From contig CACPAS010000002.1 in assembly GCA_902632055.1 (NCBI GenBank), positions 2,122-66,121 of the forward strand: a DNA stretch of 64,000 nt, read 5' to 3'. The DNA comes from an uncultured OCS116 cluster bacterium. Its GTDB lineage: Bacteria > Pseudomonadota > Alphaproteobacteria > Rhizobiales > TMED25. Under the pieces are notes generated by a model. It was given only the letters and a program-made list of their open reading frames with translations. It was not told where the DNA came from and made no database searches. Below, one piece after another: positions 9,447-19,800 of the stretch. Position numbers and translations under genes: made by a program. Position 1 is the stretch's first letter, and every line of letters starts with the position of its first letter.

Positions 9447-10211
9447 ATGAAGCTTGGAAATTTTAAATTATACAATGCGCTGCAATCGACTTGCAGTCAG
9501 CGAGTACGTTACACCCTGTATCATAAGAATATAGAGTTTAGTATGGAAATCCTAGACCTATTCTCCGGTGATCAACTTAAGCCAGAATATCTGTCAATTA
9601 ATCCGAATGGAGTTGTACCTGCTTTGGATCATGACAGTAAGATAGTAATAGATAGTTCGGTCATAATTGAATACCTTGAAGATATCAATGTAAATCTCAA
9701 CCCTCTTCGTCCGCCTGAGCCTGAAAATGCAGCAAGAATGAGAGCTATGATAAGATATTTTGATGAGGTTGCAGGTCCATCGGTTAGAATACCATCTTAT
9801 AATATGGCATTTTTACCGCATTTTCAGGAATTATCAGAAGAAGATTTTATAGCCCTAGCAGAGTCAAAGCCATTAAGAAAAGACTTTCTTTTGAAGATGG
9901 GCAGGACCGGTTTTTCCGAAAAAGATATGAATGACTCGACATCAAAAATAGAGGAGACTTGTAATCGAATGGAAGGTTGGTTAGTAGAGAGTGGTGGCCC
10001 TTTCCTCCTTGGGAAGTACATAACGTTTGCAGATATTTGCATTATGCCAATCATAGTGCGAATGCAAGATCTCGGTCGTTCAGATTTATGGGCTTCAAAC
10101 CCGAAAGTAAATGAGTGGTTTGAACTAATACAATCTTCTACAATATATGAGTTGACATACTGCGAAGGTTCTTTGTTATCAGAGGTTTATCCTCACCTTA
10201 GAGATAGCTGA
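9447..10211 (+). CDS. glutathione S-transferase family protein
   Basis: 254 aa with an N-terminal thioredoxin-like GST domain (INPNGVVPAL...DSSVIIEYLED) and a helical C-terminal domain. Its ATG abuts the ACAD TAG. Confidence 0.7.
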   Translation: MKLGNFKLYNALQSTCSQRVRYTLYHKNIEFSMEILDLFSGDQLKPEYLSINPNGVVPALDHDSKIVIDSSVIIEYLEDINVNLNPLRPPEPENAARMRAMIRYFDEVAGPSVRIPSYNMAFLPHFQELSEEDFIALAESKPLRKDFLLKMGRTGFSEKDMNDSTSKIEETCNRMEGWLVESGGPFLLGKYITFADICIMPIIVRMQDLGRSDLWASNPKVNEWFELIQSSTIYELTYCEGSLLSEVYPHLRDS

Positions 10212-10228
10212 AGGGCTAACTGCTTAGA

Positions 10229-11188
10229 TCATAAGATTTCTTTATTCACAACGAATTCAGGGTCGAGTCTTCCATCGAAATAGTCAATTATATTTTGAGA
10301 AGAATTGATCGCCATTCTTTCAGCACATTCATTGTTTAGGCCTGCAATATGCGGTGAAAATAAAACATTTTTATGACTGAATATCTTATGTGCGGAAATA
10401 CTTGGTGGTTCTTCAGGGTAAACATCAAGCCCAGCACCCCTAATTTTTTTTGAATTCAGAGCGTCAAGGAGGGCGCTCATGTCGATATGTGAACCCCTTG
10501 ATGTATTTATTAGAATCGTATTATCTTGCATTAACTTTATTTCACTAACACCAATAATTGGTTTTCCAATACCGGGCGCATGCAATGAGATAATTTCTGA
10601 ATTCTTGATAGCAGTATCTAAATCATCGAAAAAATTATAATTTTCTGGAAAGTTTTCTTGATTTGCTGCAAATGGATCGTAAATATTAATACAAGCGCCA
10701 AAAGCATGCGCAATTTTTGCTACTTTTTGACCGATTTTACCGCATCCAACTACCAATATTTTTTTTCCAGAAAAATCATTTGAGATTAAAAGATCTCTAT
10801 CTTTCCATTTGTCTTCTCGGACCATTGCATCATGTCTTTTAGTATTTTTCAATAAATCAAGAATAAACATAATTGTATGCTCTGCTACGCTGCCTGAGTT
10901 CACATCACCGACAATTGTGAGGGGAATTTTCTTATTCGTCAATTCTGGAATGTCAATACGATCATATCCAACCCCATTCCTTGATAATATTTTTAGTTTT
11001 GGTGAATTTTCGATCATTGGCTTTGAGAAAGACTGCAGTCGTAATAACACCGCATCTGCATCAGAGATATTCTTTTCAAGTGTTTCTTGGCTTGCATCAG
11101 GCAAGACAATAACTTCAAAGCTTTTCACTTTCTCCAGAAGATCAATTCCGCTTTGATGTATCTTTCCACCAACAACTATTTTATACAT
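10229..11188 (-). CDS. D-isomer-specific 2-hydroxyacid dehydrogenase (phosphoglycerate/glyoxylate reductase-like)
   Basis: 319 aa with NAD motif VVGCGKIGQKVA and catalytic-region motifs NTSRG and SPHIAG. Confidence 0.8.
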   Translation of the reverse strand: MYKIVVGGKIHQSGIDLLEKVKSFEVIVLPDASQETLEKNISDADAVLLRLQSFSKPMIENSPKLKILSRNGVGYDRIDIPELTNKKIPLTIVGDVNSGSVAEHTIMFILDLLKNTKRHDAMVREDKWKDRDLLISNDFSGKKILVVGCGKIGQKVAKIAHAFGACINIYDPFAANQENFPENYNFFDDLDTAIKNSEIISLHAPGIGKPIIGVSEIKLMQDNTILINTSRGSHIDMSALLDALNSKKIRGAGLDVYPEEPPSISAHKIFSHKNVLFSPHIAGLNNECAERMAINSSQNIIDYFDGRLDPEFVVNKEIL

Positions 11189-11272
11189 TTTTCCCCATTT
11201 TCCTTAAATTTAATATACTATAAAAAATTAGATTATTTTAAAATTTTTATTTTAAAAGTGGAGATCGATTTT

Positions 11273-12340
11273 ATGCAAAATAAAGATGAAAAACTTGTCA
11301 CAGCCGTATCCCACTGGTCATATCGATTTGTATCGAATGGTGTTCCCTTATCAGATTTTAATGATGTATCTGCATCCATCAGTAAATGGGATGAATGGTG
11401 CAATGCGTGGGAAATGAAAGGGCATATTCATAGTGCACTTGGAGATGATGCAAGGATTAACGGCTATAATTTGAGTGCGGCTGAACATTACAACACAGCA
11501 GCCGTTTGTTGCCATTTCGGTAAATTTCTATTTGTGCAGCATCCCGATCAAATGAAAAAAACACACACATTTGCAGTTGAATATCATAAAAAATCTATGG
11601 AATTTGCAGATCCTGTCGGTGAAAGAATTGAAATAAATTGGAATGATCTCACGATGTATGGCAATCTTAGAAAGCCAAAAAATGTTGATAACCCACCAGT
11701 TGTTGTTATGTGCATGGGACTAGACTCTGCGAAAGAGGAGATGGAAACAAATGAGAGAGTATTTCTAGACAGAGGTATGGCAACACTAGTATTTGATGGA
11801 CCCGGGCAAGGTGAGTCAGAGTATTTGGCGCCTATTTGCCCAGAATATGAAGAGCCTGTTTCTGCAGTCATAGACTTTATTGAAAAAAGAGATGATTTAA
11901 GATCTGATAGGGTTGCAATTTGGGGTGTCAGTCTCGGCGGTTATTATGCTCCTAGAGCTGCATCTTATGATGATAGGATAAAGGCATGCATTTCCCTAAC
12001 AGGACCATTTGCATGGAGTAATATATTTGATCGAATACCAGGACTCACAAAAGAAGCATTTATTCATAGAAGTAAATGTCATTCTGAAAATGAAGCAAGA
12101 GAATTTGCAAGTAGAATGGATTTGTCTGGCTGCGCTAAAAAAATAAAATGTCCTCTTTATATAGTTGGTGGTGGCTTAGATAGGGTAGTTCCACCAGAGG
12201 AGTCTAAATTACTCGCAAATGCAGTCAGCGGAGACGTTATATATAATTTCATAGAGGATGGTTCGCATGTTGCAAACAATAGAGTTTATAAATATCGTAC
12301 TCAGACTGCGGACTGGTTATCATCGATAATATGTAATTAA
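11273..12340 (+). CDS. alpha/beta hydrolase (2,6-dihydroxypseudooxynicotine-hydrolase/FrsA-like)
   Basis: Nucleophile elbow GVSLGG, with later GGLDRVV and DGSHV. I chose the ATG at 11273, preceded by GGAG. The ORF-track start at 11087 would overlap the divergent dehydrogenase gene. Confidence 0.7.
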   Translation: MQNKDEKLVTAVSHWSYRFVSNGVPLSDFNDVSASISKWDEWCNAWEMKGHIHSALGDDARINGYNLSAAEHYNTAAVCCHFGKFLFVQHPDQMKKTHTFAVEYHKKSMEFADPVGERIEINWNDLTMYGNLRKPKNVDNPPVVVMCMGLDSAKEEMETNERVFLDRGMATLVFDGPGQGESEYLAPICPEYEEPVSAVIDFIEKRDDLRSDRVAIWGVSLGGYYAPRAASYDDRIKACISLTGPFAWSNIFDRIPGLTKEAFIHRSKCHSENEAREFASRMDLSGCAKKIKCPLYIVGGGLDRVVPPEESKLLANAVSGDVIYNFIEDGSHVANNRVYKYRTQTADWLSSIICN

Positions 12341-12357
12341 TGGATAGGGAGAAATCA

Positions 12358-13329
12358 ATGCAAGAAAAAAAAATAACTAGGGCAGACATTGCAGAAGCTG
12401 CTGAAAAATACAAAAATTGGGGAAAATGGGGTGCTGATGATGAGATAGGTACACTTAACTATGTTGGTACAGATGAGATTATTAATGCAGCAAAGCTTGT
12501 TAAAAAAGGAAAAGTTATATCCTTAGCTTTGAATTTTGACTACAAGGGACCCCAAGGAGCTAAAACTAAGTACCCCGCTATGGGCAGAACAAACCCAATT
12601 CATTCAATGCTGAGAACCGGAACAGATGCATATTCTGGTGTGCTTGACCAAAGAGGTATAAGGGCAGCAGATGATACAGTTTTCTTACCAACACATGGAT
12701 GTACGCATTGGGATGGGCTCGGACATGTTTTTTATGAAGATAAAATGTGGAATGGTTATGATTGTAGAGAGGTCACTTCAGCTGGCGCGCAAAAGTGTGG
12801 AATTGAAAAAACGAGAGATAAAATGGTTGGGAGGGGAGTCTTATTAGATGTTGCTCGAGCCCATGGTAAGGATAGGCTAGATGATGGTTATGCAATAACC
12901 TGTGAGGATCTCGATTTGACAGCACAGAAGCAAGGTATATCCGTTCAAAAAGGTGACTTTGTAATTGTTAGAACAGGTCAAATGGAGGACTGTCTCAACA
13001 GAGAGTCATGGGATGGTTTCCCAGGCGGTGATGCGCCAGGTATGGGCTTTGATACTATAGATTGGGTTCAAAGAACTGAACTAGCGGCCCTTGCATCTGA
13101 TACATGGGGTTGCGAGGTGAGGCCTAATCAAAGTGAAGACGGTATCAATCAACCATGGCATTGGATAACAATACCAATTCAAGGTATGACAATGGGGGAG
13201 ATGTTTTATTTAAAGGAACTTGCCGAAGACTGTCTTGAAGATAATATCTATGAATTCTTACTTGTTGCCCCATCTATCCCAATTACAGGAGCGGTAGGTA
13301 CTCCTATAAACCCAATTGCGATTAAGTAA
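12358..13329 (+). CDS. putative cyclase / kynurenine-formamidase-like metal hydrolase
   Basis: HGCTHWDGLGH matches the HxGTHxDxxxH cyclase-family motif. The ATG at 12358 follows GGGAG. An alternative ATG at 12340 overlaps the upstream stop. Confidence 0.7.
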   Translation: MQEKKITRADIAEAAEKYKNWGKWGADDEIGTLNYVGTDEIINAAKLVKKGKVISLALNFDYKGPQGAKTKYPAMGRTNPIHSMLRTGTDAYSGVLDQRGIRAADDTVFLPTHGCTHWDGLGHVFYEDKMWNGYDCREVTSAGAQKCGIEKTRDKMVGRGVLLDVARAHGKDRLDDGYAITCEDLDLTAQKQGISVQKGDFVIVRTGQMEDCLNRESWDGFPGGDAPGMGFDTIDWVQRTELAALASDTWGCEVRPNQSEDGINQPWHWITIPIQGMTMGEMFYLKELAEDCLEDNIYEFLLVAPSIPITGAVGTPINPIAIK

Positions 13330-13343
13330 ATCGGAGGTATAAA

Positions 13344-15032
13344 ATGAGTAATGAGTTAACAGGCGCTAAGGTATTGGCAAAAATGCTCCAAGATTATGGG
13401 GTTACAGATATATTCCACGTTCCAGCAGTGCTCAGAACGACGATGGCCGAGATAGAGACAATATCTAATATTCGAAGAATTCATGCGCATGGCGAAGCCT
13501 CAGCAGCATATATGGCAGATGGATACGCCCGCGCATCTGGGAAGCCTGGAGTATGTGCAGCACAAATAATTGGTGCCCTAAATCTGGCGGCCGGCCTCAG
13601 GGATGCTTGGCTTGCAAAGTCACCAGTTATTGCTCTAACTGGAGGTCGTGATCAAGCAACAAAATTTAGAAAAGCTTATCAAGAAGTTGACGATATACCT
13701 GCATTTGAGCCTGTAACAAAGTTTAATGCTACAGTAGATAGTGCGAATAGATTCCCAGATATGCTCAACCAAGCCTTCAGAGTTGCGGTATCGGGATCCC
13801 CGGGACCAGTTCATTTACAATTCAAAGGAAATGAGGGTCAAGTAGATCAAGAATCATTTGATGATGCCATACCTATATCTATCGACGAGAGCATCTCCTC
13901 CGTTCCCCCATATCGACCAAAACCTGATATTAGCCAGATTAAAAGAGCGATGGATATCATCAATAATGCAAGCAAGCCAATTCTTGTGGTTGGTGGCGGT
14001 GTTAGGTGGTCTAAGGCTGGAGAGTTAATTGATAAAATTTCAAAGAAATTAAAAATTCCTGTAGCAACCTCTTTAAACGGGAAAGATGTGATAAATGCAA
14101 CGAACCCCCTTAATGTTGGGGTAGTTGGCACTTATTCAAGAGGTTCGGCAAATAAATCTGTGCTTGCAGCGGATCTTGCAATTTTTGTCGGAACAGATCT
14201 TGGGGGAATGGTAACTAATTTTTGGAGCATACCAAAAATTGGGATAAAAGCCATACATATAGATATTGATCCTGAGGTCTTAGGGAGAAATTATCCCTTG
14301 GAAGTTGGTATTATGGCTGATGCAAAAATGGCGTTAGAGGAGATGATGAAACATGCTGATGAAGCTCTAATTGAAAAAAGAATTCCATGGGTTGAAGAGG
14401 TACAAGGCTACTGCAGAGATTGGTATGATGAGTTCCGTCCATTATTGCGATCAGAAAGTATACCAATCAGACCGGAAAGGGTTTGCCACGATCTTTCTTT
14501 AAGCTTACCTGATGATTCATTTGTGGTTGTAGATACTGGACATGGCGGAATGTGGATGGGCGGAATGTTTGATTTAAAATCTTCTGGTCAGAGTTATATA
14601 CGGTCGGCTGGGCACCTTGGATGGGCTTTTCCTGCATCCTTAGGTGTTAAATGCGCCGTTCCCGACAGACCAGTAATATGTTTTACTGGGGATGCTGGTT
14701 TTTGGTATCATATTGCAGAAGTGGAAACTGCAGTTCGATGGGGTATTAATGCTGTAATCATTGTAAATAATAACGGCGCTGGTAATCAATCAAAGAGGGG
14801 TTTTGATAGGGTATATGGCGGCACTCAAACTGATAAGGCACGGGAGATGTGGACGTTTAATAATGTTAATTTTGCACACATAGCCAAGCACATGGGTGCC
14901 GAGTCAATAAGAGTAGAAAATCCAAAAGATTTCACACCGGCACTTCAAAAAGCAATAGCGCTCAATAAGTGCGTTATTTTAGATGTTGTAACAGATGTAG
15001 ATGCTTTAGCCCCACTCGCATATACAGGATAA
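13344..15032 (+). CDS. thiamine-diphosphate enzyme, acetolactate-synthase-like family (second copy)
   Basis: 562 aa with a Pyr domain (HGEASAAYMADGYA) and a TPP-Mg motif (GDAGFWY...NNNG). GGAGG lies 6 nt upstream of the ATG. Confidence 0.8.
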   Translation: MSNELTGAKVLAKMLQDYGVTDIFHVPAVLRTTMAEIETISNIRRIHAHGEASAAYMADGYARASGKPGVCAAQIIGALNLAAGLRDAWLAKSPVIALTGGRDQATKFRKAYQEVDDIPAFEPVTKFNATVDSANRFPDMLNQAFRVAVSGSPGPVHLQFKGNEGQVDQESFDDAIPISIDESISSVPPYRPKPDISQIKRAMDIINNASKPILVVGGGVRWSKAGELIDKISKKLKIPVATSLNGKDVINATNPLNVGVVGTYSRGSANKSVLAADLAIFVGTDLGGMVTNFWSIPKIGIKAIHIDIDPEVLGRNYPLEVGIMADAKMALEEMMKHADEALIEKRIPWVEEVQGYCRDWYDEFRPLLRSESIPIRPERVCHDLSLSLPDDSFVVVDTGHGGMWMGGMFDLKSSGQSYIRSAGHLGWAFPASLGVKCAVPDRPVICFTGDAGFWYHIAEVETAVRWGINAVIIVNNNGAGNQSKRGFDRVYGGTQTDKAREMWTFNNVNFAHIAKHMGAESIRVENPKDFTPALQKAIALNKCVILDVVTDVDALAPLAYTG

Positions 15033-15124
15033 GTTTATAAAATTTTATGTTACTAATGCAAATTTATTGATGTATAAATAAAGAGGGATTAATCAAGATC
15101 AAATCAATATAGAAAGTTAAAGCT

Positions 15125-16429
15125 ATGACGGATAAAAGTGTTTTTTCACCAAGAATATTAAGACCAGAAGATGCGAATCAAAATTGGCAATGGGATAGAG
15201 CTCTGGCTTCGCCAGGATTTAAACAGGTTGACTTTGAAACAAGAGTTGATTTCCAGCGTCTACGAAAATATCGATTGTCTAGAGCTAAAAATGCACTTAA
15301 AAATTCAGGTCTTGGAGCATTAATACTATTTGATGTCAATAATATAAGATATATCACGGGAACAAAGATTGGTGAGTGGGAAAGAGATAAGCTTTGCCGT
15401 TTCGCCTTGCTTGCTGGTGACGAAGAGCCCTTTGTTTGGGATTTTGGATCTGCAGCAGTTCACCATCAACTTAATTGTGATTGGCTTGACCCTAGTAGGT
15501 GCCTAGCCGGTATGACTGGAATGCGAGGAACAGTTCCGCCATCGGTTGGTCTGATGAAATCACATGCAGAAGAAATAATGAGTTATTTGAAGCATGCCGG
15601 TGTTGCGGATATGCCAATTGGGCTGGATATAGCCGAAACCGCAATGTTTTTCGAACTGCAAAATGCTGGAATGAATATTGTGGATGGTCAACAAGTGATG
15701 TTAGATGCCCGCGAGATTAAGAATATCGATGAAATCACCTTGCTTAATCAAGCCGCAACTATGGTTGATGGTGTATATCATATGATTTATGAAGAACTAA
15801 AACCGGGTGTCAGGGAAAATGATATAGTTGCTCTTTCAAATCAAATGCTTTACGAGATGGGTTCAGATGATGTTGAGGCAATAAATGCGATTTCAGGTGA
15901 AAGATGCAGTCCACACCCACACAATTTCACTGATCGTATGTTCAGACCTGGAGACCAAGCATTTTTTGATATCCTTCAATCGTATCAGGGCTATCGAACA
16001 TGTTATTACAGAACTTTTAATGTAGGAACGGCAACATCAGAGCAAAACGATGCCTACATCCAATGCAGAGAGTGGTTAGATAAAGCCATAGAACTTATTA
16101 AACCTGGCGTATCAACTGATGTAGTTGCCAAAGCTTGGCCTAAGGCTGAAGAGTTTGGTTTTGACAGCGAAATGCAGGCATTTGGATTACAATTTGGTCA
16201 TGGACTCGGCCTAGCGCTGCATGAAAGACCAATCATTTCAAGATTAGTGTCTCTGGAAAACCCAATGGAAATAAAAACAGGTATGGTTTTTGCGCTTGAA
16301 ACATATTGTCCTGCAAAAGACGGCGTCTCTGCTGCTCGAATTGAAGAAGAGGTTGTTGTTACTGATAAAGGCTGTAAGGTTATTTCACTATTTCCTGCTG
16401 ATGAATTACCAATTGCGAATAGATATTAA
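15125..16429 (+). CDS. M24 (creatinase/prolidase-fold) hydrolase with N-terminal creatinase-like domain
   Basis: 434 aa. The segment GDQAFFDILQSYQGYRTCYYRTF aligns residue-for-residue with the M24B GDxxxxDxGxxxxGYxxDxTRTF motif. GHGLGL, FALETY and IEEEVVVT carry the His/Glu/Glu ligands. Confidence 0.75.
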   Translation: MTDKSVFSPRILRPEDANQNWQWDRALASPGFKQVDFETRVDFQRLRKYRLSRAKNALKNSGLGALILFDVNNIRYITGTKIGEWERDKLCRFALLAGDEEPFVWDFGSAAVHHQLNCDWLDPSRCLAGMTGMRGTVPPSVGLMKSHAEEIMSYLKHAGVADMPIGLDIAETAMFFELQNAGMNIVDGQQVMLDAREIKNIDEITLLNQAATMVDGVYHMIYEELKPGVRENDIVALSNQMLYEMGSDDVEAINAISGERCSPHPHNFTDRMFRPGDQAFFDILQSYQGYRTCYYRTFNVGTATSEQNDAYIQCREWLDKAIELIKPGVSTDVVAKAWPKAEEFGFDSEMQAFGLQFGHGLGLALHERPIISRLVSLENPMEIKTGMVFALETYCPAKDGVSAARIEEEVVVTDKGCKVISLFPADELPIANRY

Positions 16430-16443
16430 TTGCTGGTTATATA

Positions 16444-17457
16444 ATGGCAAAGAAGAAAACACTTAATAATGATGATATTGATGAAAAGAAGAGATTAGAG
16501 CTCTATAATTCACAATATCTTATTCGTTTTGCTGAACAAAGAGCATATGATTTATTCCTTGAAAATCTTGTAAAAGGTACAAGTCATCTATCGCTTGGAC
16601 AAGAAGCAATTGCCGCGGGGTTTGCGACTGCAATGCAGGTAAATGATAAAAGTTTCTGCACGTATAGAGGGCATGCGCATACTCTTGCAAGAGGTGCTTC
16701 GGTTGTAGGCGTTTTAGGTGAATTGATGCAACGAGATTGTGGTTTAATGAGAGGCAAGGGCGGCTCAATGCATTTAACTGATACGAGTAAGGGCGTAATG
16801 GGTTCGTATGCAATCATTGGTGCGCATTTACCAATGGCTGTTGGCTCAGCTTGGAGAGCTCAATATATGGGACATGATGATGTTGCAACAGTATTCTTTG
16901 GCGATGGTACAACTAATATCGGTGCGTTTCACGAGGCACTGAACTATGCAGTTGTGTATAAGTTACCAGTAATTTTTGTTTGTGAAAATAATAATTACAT
17001 GGAATATACGCCAATTGAGTCAATAACTGCTGTAAAAAATCCTGCAGCCGATAGAGCCTCAGCCTATGGATTGGAGAGCATTATCATTGATGGCAATGAC
17101 GCTGATGAGGTTTACAGAACAGCTCAAGTTGCATATTCAAAGGCACGTTCAGGTGATGGCCCATCACTCATAGAGTGTAAAACATATAGACAATCTGGCC
17201 ATAGCCGTGCCGATCCTGGTGCTTACAGACCCGATGGAGAGTTGGATCACTGGAAAAAAAATAATGACCCGATAACTAGATATCGTGCAAGGCTGATCGA
17301 GTTTGGAGTTAAGCAAAAGGTTATTGATGGTATAGAAGCAAATGTAAAGAGGGTTGTTGATGAGGCAACTGAGGAAGCAAAAAATTCACCAGTCCCACCT
17401 GAAGAAATATTAACAACAAACGTTTATGCAAATGGAGGATGGGCATGGCGCAATTAA
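16444..17457 (+). CDS. 2-oxoacid (pyruvate/acetoin-type) dehydrogenase E1 alpha subunit
   Basis: 337 aa with TPP motif GDGTTNIGAFHEALN...CENNNY and a YRxHGHS-like YRQSGHS. Confidence 0.85.
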   Translation: MAKKKTLNNDDIDEKKRLELYNSQYLIRFAEQRAYDLFLENLVKGTSHLSLGQEAIAAGFATAMQVNDKSFCTYRGHAHTLARGASVVGVLGELMQRDCGLMRGKGGSMHLTDTSKGVMGSYAIIGAHLPMAVGSAWRAQYMGHDDVATVFFGDGTTNIGAFHEALNYAVVYKLPVIFVCENNNYMEYTPIESITAVKNPAADRASAYGLESIIIDGNDADEVYRTAQVAYSKARSGDGPSLIECKTYRQSGHSRADPGAYRPDGELDHWKKNNDPITRYRARLIEFGVKQKVIDGIEANVKRVVDEATEEAKNSPVPPEEILTTNVYANGGWAWRN

Positions 17458-18422
17458 CATACAGAGAGGCTGTTGCAGCAGGAATTGCACAAGAAATGGA
17501 GCGTGATGAGACTGTTGCCTTTATTGGAGAAGATGTAGCAAGGGCCGGAGGTGTTTTTAAAGCAACAGTTGGGCTTTTTGATAAGTTTGGCCCAAAAAGA
17601 GTAATAGACACTCCAATTTCAGAGCAAGCTATTCTCGGAGCGGCTATGGGTGCCGCTATGACTGGTATGAGGCCAATTGCAGAAATAATGTTCTCAGATT
17701 TTCTTGCGGTTTGTTGGGATTTTGTAGCGAATGAGATGTCTAAATCACGTTACATGTCAGACGGTCAATTGAAGTGTCCACTTGTTGTTAGAACAGGTAA
17801 CGGAGGAGGCTCTCGTTTTGGAGCGCAGCATTCACAATCAGTTGAGAATTGGGCAATGGCAATCCCCGGTATAAAAGTAGTTGCCCCCTCTACTCCAGCA
17901 GATGTAAAGGGTTTACTCGCGGCTTCTGTTAGAGACGAGGACCCTGTAATCTTCTTTGAGCATAAGTCACTTTATCCAATAAAGGGTGAAGTGCCAGAGG
18001 GTGAACATGTCGATACGCTTGGTACTGCAAAAATCGTACGATCGGGTACAGATGCCACAATAGTTGCGCTAGCGTTAATGGTGCCAAGAGCGATTCAGGC
18101 AGCGGATAAATTAAAGATAGATCATGGAATTGATGTTGAGGTTGTTGATATTAGAACCCTTGTTCCTTTAGATATGAAAACAATATCAAGCTCAGTGGTT
18201 AAAACTGGACGTCTTTTTACTGTTGAAGAAAATCCAAGACTCTGTGGCTGGGGCGCTGAGATTGTCTCTATAGTCGTAGACGAACTATTTTGGGATCTTG
18301 ACGGGCCAGCTGTGAGGATAACAACACCACACATTCCACTTCCTGCGGCTGATAACCTCGAAGATATCACGTTACCTTCTGTTGATAGAATTTATAGTAA
18401 GATTCTTGATGTATTAAGATAA
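17445..18422 (+). CDS. 2-oxoacid dehydrogenase E1 beta subunit
   Basis: Transketolase-like Pyr and C-terminal domains (DTPISEQAILGAAMGAA, PVIFFEHK). The ATG at 17445 is 6 nt after GGAGG and overlaps the E1alpha end. Confidence 0.85.
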   Translation: MAQLTYREAVAAGIAQEMERDETVAFIGEDVARAGGVFKATVGLFDKFGPKRVIDTPISEQAILGAAMGAAMTGMRPIAEIMFSDFLAVCWDFVANEMSKSRYMSDGQLKCPLVVRTGNGGGSRFGAQHSQSVENWAMAIPGIKVVAPSTPADVKGLLAASVRDEDPVIFFEHKSLYPIKGEVPEGEHVDTLGTAKIVRSGTDATIVALALMVPRAIQAADKLKIDHGIDVEVVDIRTLVPLDMKTISSSVVKTGRLFTVEENPRLCGWGAEIVSIVVDELFWDLDGPAVRITTPHIPLPAADNLEDITLPSVDRIYSKILDVLR

Positions 18423-18435
18423 AAAGGTGCTATCA

Positions 18436-19788
18436 ATGAACATCCAGATGCCACAACTAGGTGAGACAGTAACAGAGGGAACAATCTCAAAATGGCACAA
18501 AAAGGTCGGCGATACTGTTAAATCTGGTGAAATTTTATTTGAGATTGAGACAGATAAAACTTCCATGGAAATACCCGCAACTTTAGATGGTAAGTTATCA
18601 CAAATTCTTGTACACGAGGGAAATACATCATCAGTAGGATCGATTGTAGCAATAATTACATCGGATCATGAGGCTACAAACGACGCCGATGAGCAAGAGG
18701 TTGACGTCAATGGAAGAAAAGAGGTTGTCGATAATGTAGCTGATAAGATAGAGACCGAATCTAAAAAGGAAATAGCCAAAGAAATAAGATCTGATGATGA
18801 TAAAAGAATAGATTTAGATCCACCCGATTGGTTTTCGGTTCTCACGGAAGTGCTCACACCTGATCAAAGTTTTGACTCAATTAATATACCAAATAGTGAA
18901 ATTAAGTTAACTCCATTAGCAAAAAGGATTGCAATCAATGCAAGTCTTGATTTAAATCTATTGTTGGATTTCTGCAAAACAAATAATATAAAAAAAGTTA
19001 ACAGGAAGTCTGTTGAGAGTTTCATAACATCTCAATCCCAATCATCCAGAATCATGAATAGGGAAGCAATCGATGAAACCGTCTATAATGAGTCCATATC
19101 CCTGAATAGAATTCGAAGAACAACTGCCAAAAGACTATCTCAGAGCTGGCCTTTGGTACCCCAGGCATTCCAGGCAGTTGAGGTAAATTTTAGTAACCTA
19201 GACATAATTAGATCAGAAATGAAAGAGAAGAATATGGATAAAGAATTTAAGATTTCATATCTATCATTCGTCGCAAGAGCGATTGCTATTGCTAGGGATA
19301 ATTTTCCTCTAATAAATAGCACTTTCAATGATAAAGAGATTATTGTTGCTGAATTCCTGAACCTTGCCATTGCCGTTGACTTAAATTTTGATGGATTAAT
19401 TGTACCCGTTATAAAAAGTGCTGAAAAATATAAACTTACAGATCTAAATGATAAAATAAATGATCTTGTCGATAGGGCACAAAATAATAATCTCGAGCAG
19501 GAGGAATACCATGGTGGTACATATACAATATCAAACAACGGAAGTATGGGGACATACCTTACAGCACCAATTGTTAATCCGCCACAGGTTGCCATAATGT
19601 CTTTTGATGGTATCCGTAAAAAACCGGTTATTATTGAAGATGAAACCGGAGATAAGATAGGAATAAGAAAAATTGGTGTTTTGGGACAGAGTTTTGATCA
19701 TCGAGCATTTGACGGGGCTTATGCTGCAAGTTTTTTGAAAGAGGTAAAAACAATAATTGAAGATTATAATTGGCAAACTGAAATTTAA
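18436..19788 (+). CDS. dihydrolipoamide acyltransferase (E2)
   Basis: Lipoyl domain with EIETDKTSMEI, a peripheral-subunit-binding segment (LTPLAKRIA), and a catalytic domain ending in DHRAFDG. Confidence 0.85.
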   Translation: MNIQMPQLGETVTEGTISKWHKKVGDTVKSGEILFEIETDKTSMEIPATLDGKLSQILVHEGNTSSVGSIVAIITSDHEATNDADEQEVDVNGRKEVVDNVADKIETESKKEIAKEIRSDDDKRIDLDPPDWFSVLTEVLTPDQSFDSINIPNSEIKLTPLAKRIAINASLDLNLLLDFCKTNNIKKVNRKSVESFITSQSQSSRIMNREAIDETVYNESISLNRIRRTTAKRLSQSWPLVPQAFQAVEVNFSNLDIIRSEMKEKNMDKEFKISYLSFVARAIAIARDNFPLINSTFNDKEIIVAEFLNLAIAVDLNFDGLIVPVIKSAEKYKLTDLNDKINDLVDRAQNNNLEQEEYHGGTYTISNNGSMGTYLTAPIVNPPQVAIMSFDGIRKKPVIIEDETGDKIGIRKIGVLGQSFDHRAFDGAYAASFLKEVKTIIEDYNWQTEI

Positions 19789-19800
19789 ATAAGGAGAAAA

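Noticed and set aside
11087-11272. A 5' extension of the alpha/beta hydrolase ORF, which would make it 417 aa.
   Set aside because: The extension overlaps the start of the divergent dehydrogenase gene by about 100 nt and is low-complexity. The ATG at 11273 has a GGAG upstream and begins the conserved region.
15125-16429. Calling the M24 gene DMSP lyase dddP, or linking the TPP enzyme at 13344 (as Xsc) to the TauE-like exporter at 23219 as a sulfonate pathway.
   Set aside because: The resemblance to DddP is limited to family-level motifs seen by eye. The TPP enzyme shows only generic ALS-family motifs. The exporter is 8 kb away, across a tRNA. None of this can be supported without searches.
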